From: an uncultured Gemmatimonadales bacterium
GTDB taxonomy: Bacteria; Gemmatimonadota; Gemmatimonadetes; Longimicrobiales; Gaopeijiaceae
Reading direction: 5' to 3'
DNA: 64,000 bases
Assembly (NCBI GenBank): GCA_963823035.1
Contig: CAWGKG010000010.1
Coordinates: 352,001-416,000, forward strand
The notes under the pieces are model-generated. The model was not told the origin of the DNA. It did not search any database and saw only the letters and a program-made list of their open reading frames with translations. Position numbers and translations under genes: made by a program. Within the stretch, counting starts at the first letter, position 1; the number at the start of each line of letters is the position of its first letter. Below are positions 63,240 to 64,000 of the stretch, in pieces.

Positions 63240-64000
63240 TCAGAGGTCGTGTTTGCGCCGCCGGCGCCAGAGCGTGGTGGTTGAGATGCCCAGAATCTCC
63301 GCGGCCTCCTTCCCCGTGCTCGTGGCCTCCAGCACGCCCTTCAGGTGCCGGCGCTCCGCCTCGTCCAGCGTGATCATGGGCGTGCCCCCGGGGACGTGGG
63401 TTCCGGGTCCGTCGTCGCTCCGGGGCAACGCGCCCGCACCCACGCGCGCACGCCGGCTGAGGATGACGGCCCGCTCCACGGCGTTCTGCAGCTCCCGCAC
63501 ATTGCCAGGCCACGTTCGTTCCATCAACGCCCGCTTCGCCGCGTCGGTGAGCCGGGCGCCCGGACGCCCATACCGCGCTCCGAAGAAGTCGACGAAGCCC
63601 TCCGCCAGCGGTACGATGTCCTCGGGGCGCTCCCGGAGTGGAGGCACGATGATTTCAATAACGCGAATCCTGTAATACAGATCCTCACGGAACTCGCCGG
63701 CCTCTACGGCACGCTCGAGATCGTGGTTGGTGGCCACGATGAGCCGGACGTCGGCGGAGATGGTCTTGTCGCTGCCGACGCGCTCGAAGGCACGCTCCTG
63801 GATGAACCGAAGCAGCTTGGGCTGCAACTCCACGGGCAGGGTGCCGATCTCGTCGAGGAAGACGGTTCCACCGTCGGAGCTGGCGACGCGCCCCGCGCGA
63901 CTGCGCACGGCCCCGGTGAAGGCCCCCTTGACGTGGCCGAAGAGCTCGCTCTCCAAAAGGTCTCGGGAAAGAACTGGAGTGGACACGACCGAATAGGGGC
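63240..64000 (-). CDS. sigma-54-dependent transcriptional activator (5' end outside window)
   Basis: ESELFGHVKGAFTGA, FLDEIG, FREDLYYR, WPGNVRELQN and a Fis HTH. Confidence 0.95.
   Translation of the reverse strand, partial: PYSVVSTPVLSRDLLESELFGHVKGAFTGAVRSRAGRVASSDGGTVFLDEIGTLPVELQPKLLRFIQERAFERVGSDKTISADVRLIVATNHDLERAVEAGEFREDLYYRIRVIEIIVPPLRERPEDIVPLAEGFVDFFGARYGRPGARLTDAAKRALMERTWPGNVRELQNAVERAVILSRRARVGAGALPRSDDGPGTHVPGGTPMITLDEAERRHLKGVLEATSTGKEAAEILGISTTTLWRRRRKHDL

Overview
This is a high-GC bacterial chromosome segment. Gene content (many lipoproteins, ADOP permease plus PadR, TonB receptor, multiheme cytochromes) suggests Gemmatimonadota, but that is an inference. About 25 single-base frame breaks are spread evenly across unrelated genes and are best read as long-read indel errors, so genes were reconstructed across frames and break positions are approximate. 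The main blocks are: (1) housekeeping and envelope genes at 1-6.5 kb; (2) a phosphate-starvation (Pho) locus at 6.6-18.3 kb, with a TonB receptor and FN3 lipoprotein divergent from a LeuA-type enzyme, phoB, porin, phoR, pstB and phoU, no pstSCA, and recurrent GTNAC-N6-GTNAC boxes; (3) TRAP transport, repair, a stand-alone OLD/YbjD nuclease, ggt, a CcmH-like protein, a CSC-type P1B ATPase, ilvE, GH127, ADOP/PadR, msrB and an IDH-family enzyme at 18-42 kb; (4) a two-component, sigma-54-driven operon at 42-49 kb encoding a four-repeat VNCP lipoprotein, a beta-barrel/cupredoxin protein and a cupredoxin lipoprotein, which is the best candidate for an undescribed system; (5) a ~20-heme cytochrome c cluster at 51-54.4 kb; (6) tRNA-Lys(CTT) followed by a stress-gene cluster with four sigma-54 promoters at 55-64 kb. 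No CRISPR array, rRNA, transposase or integrase was seen.
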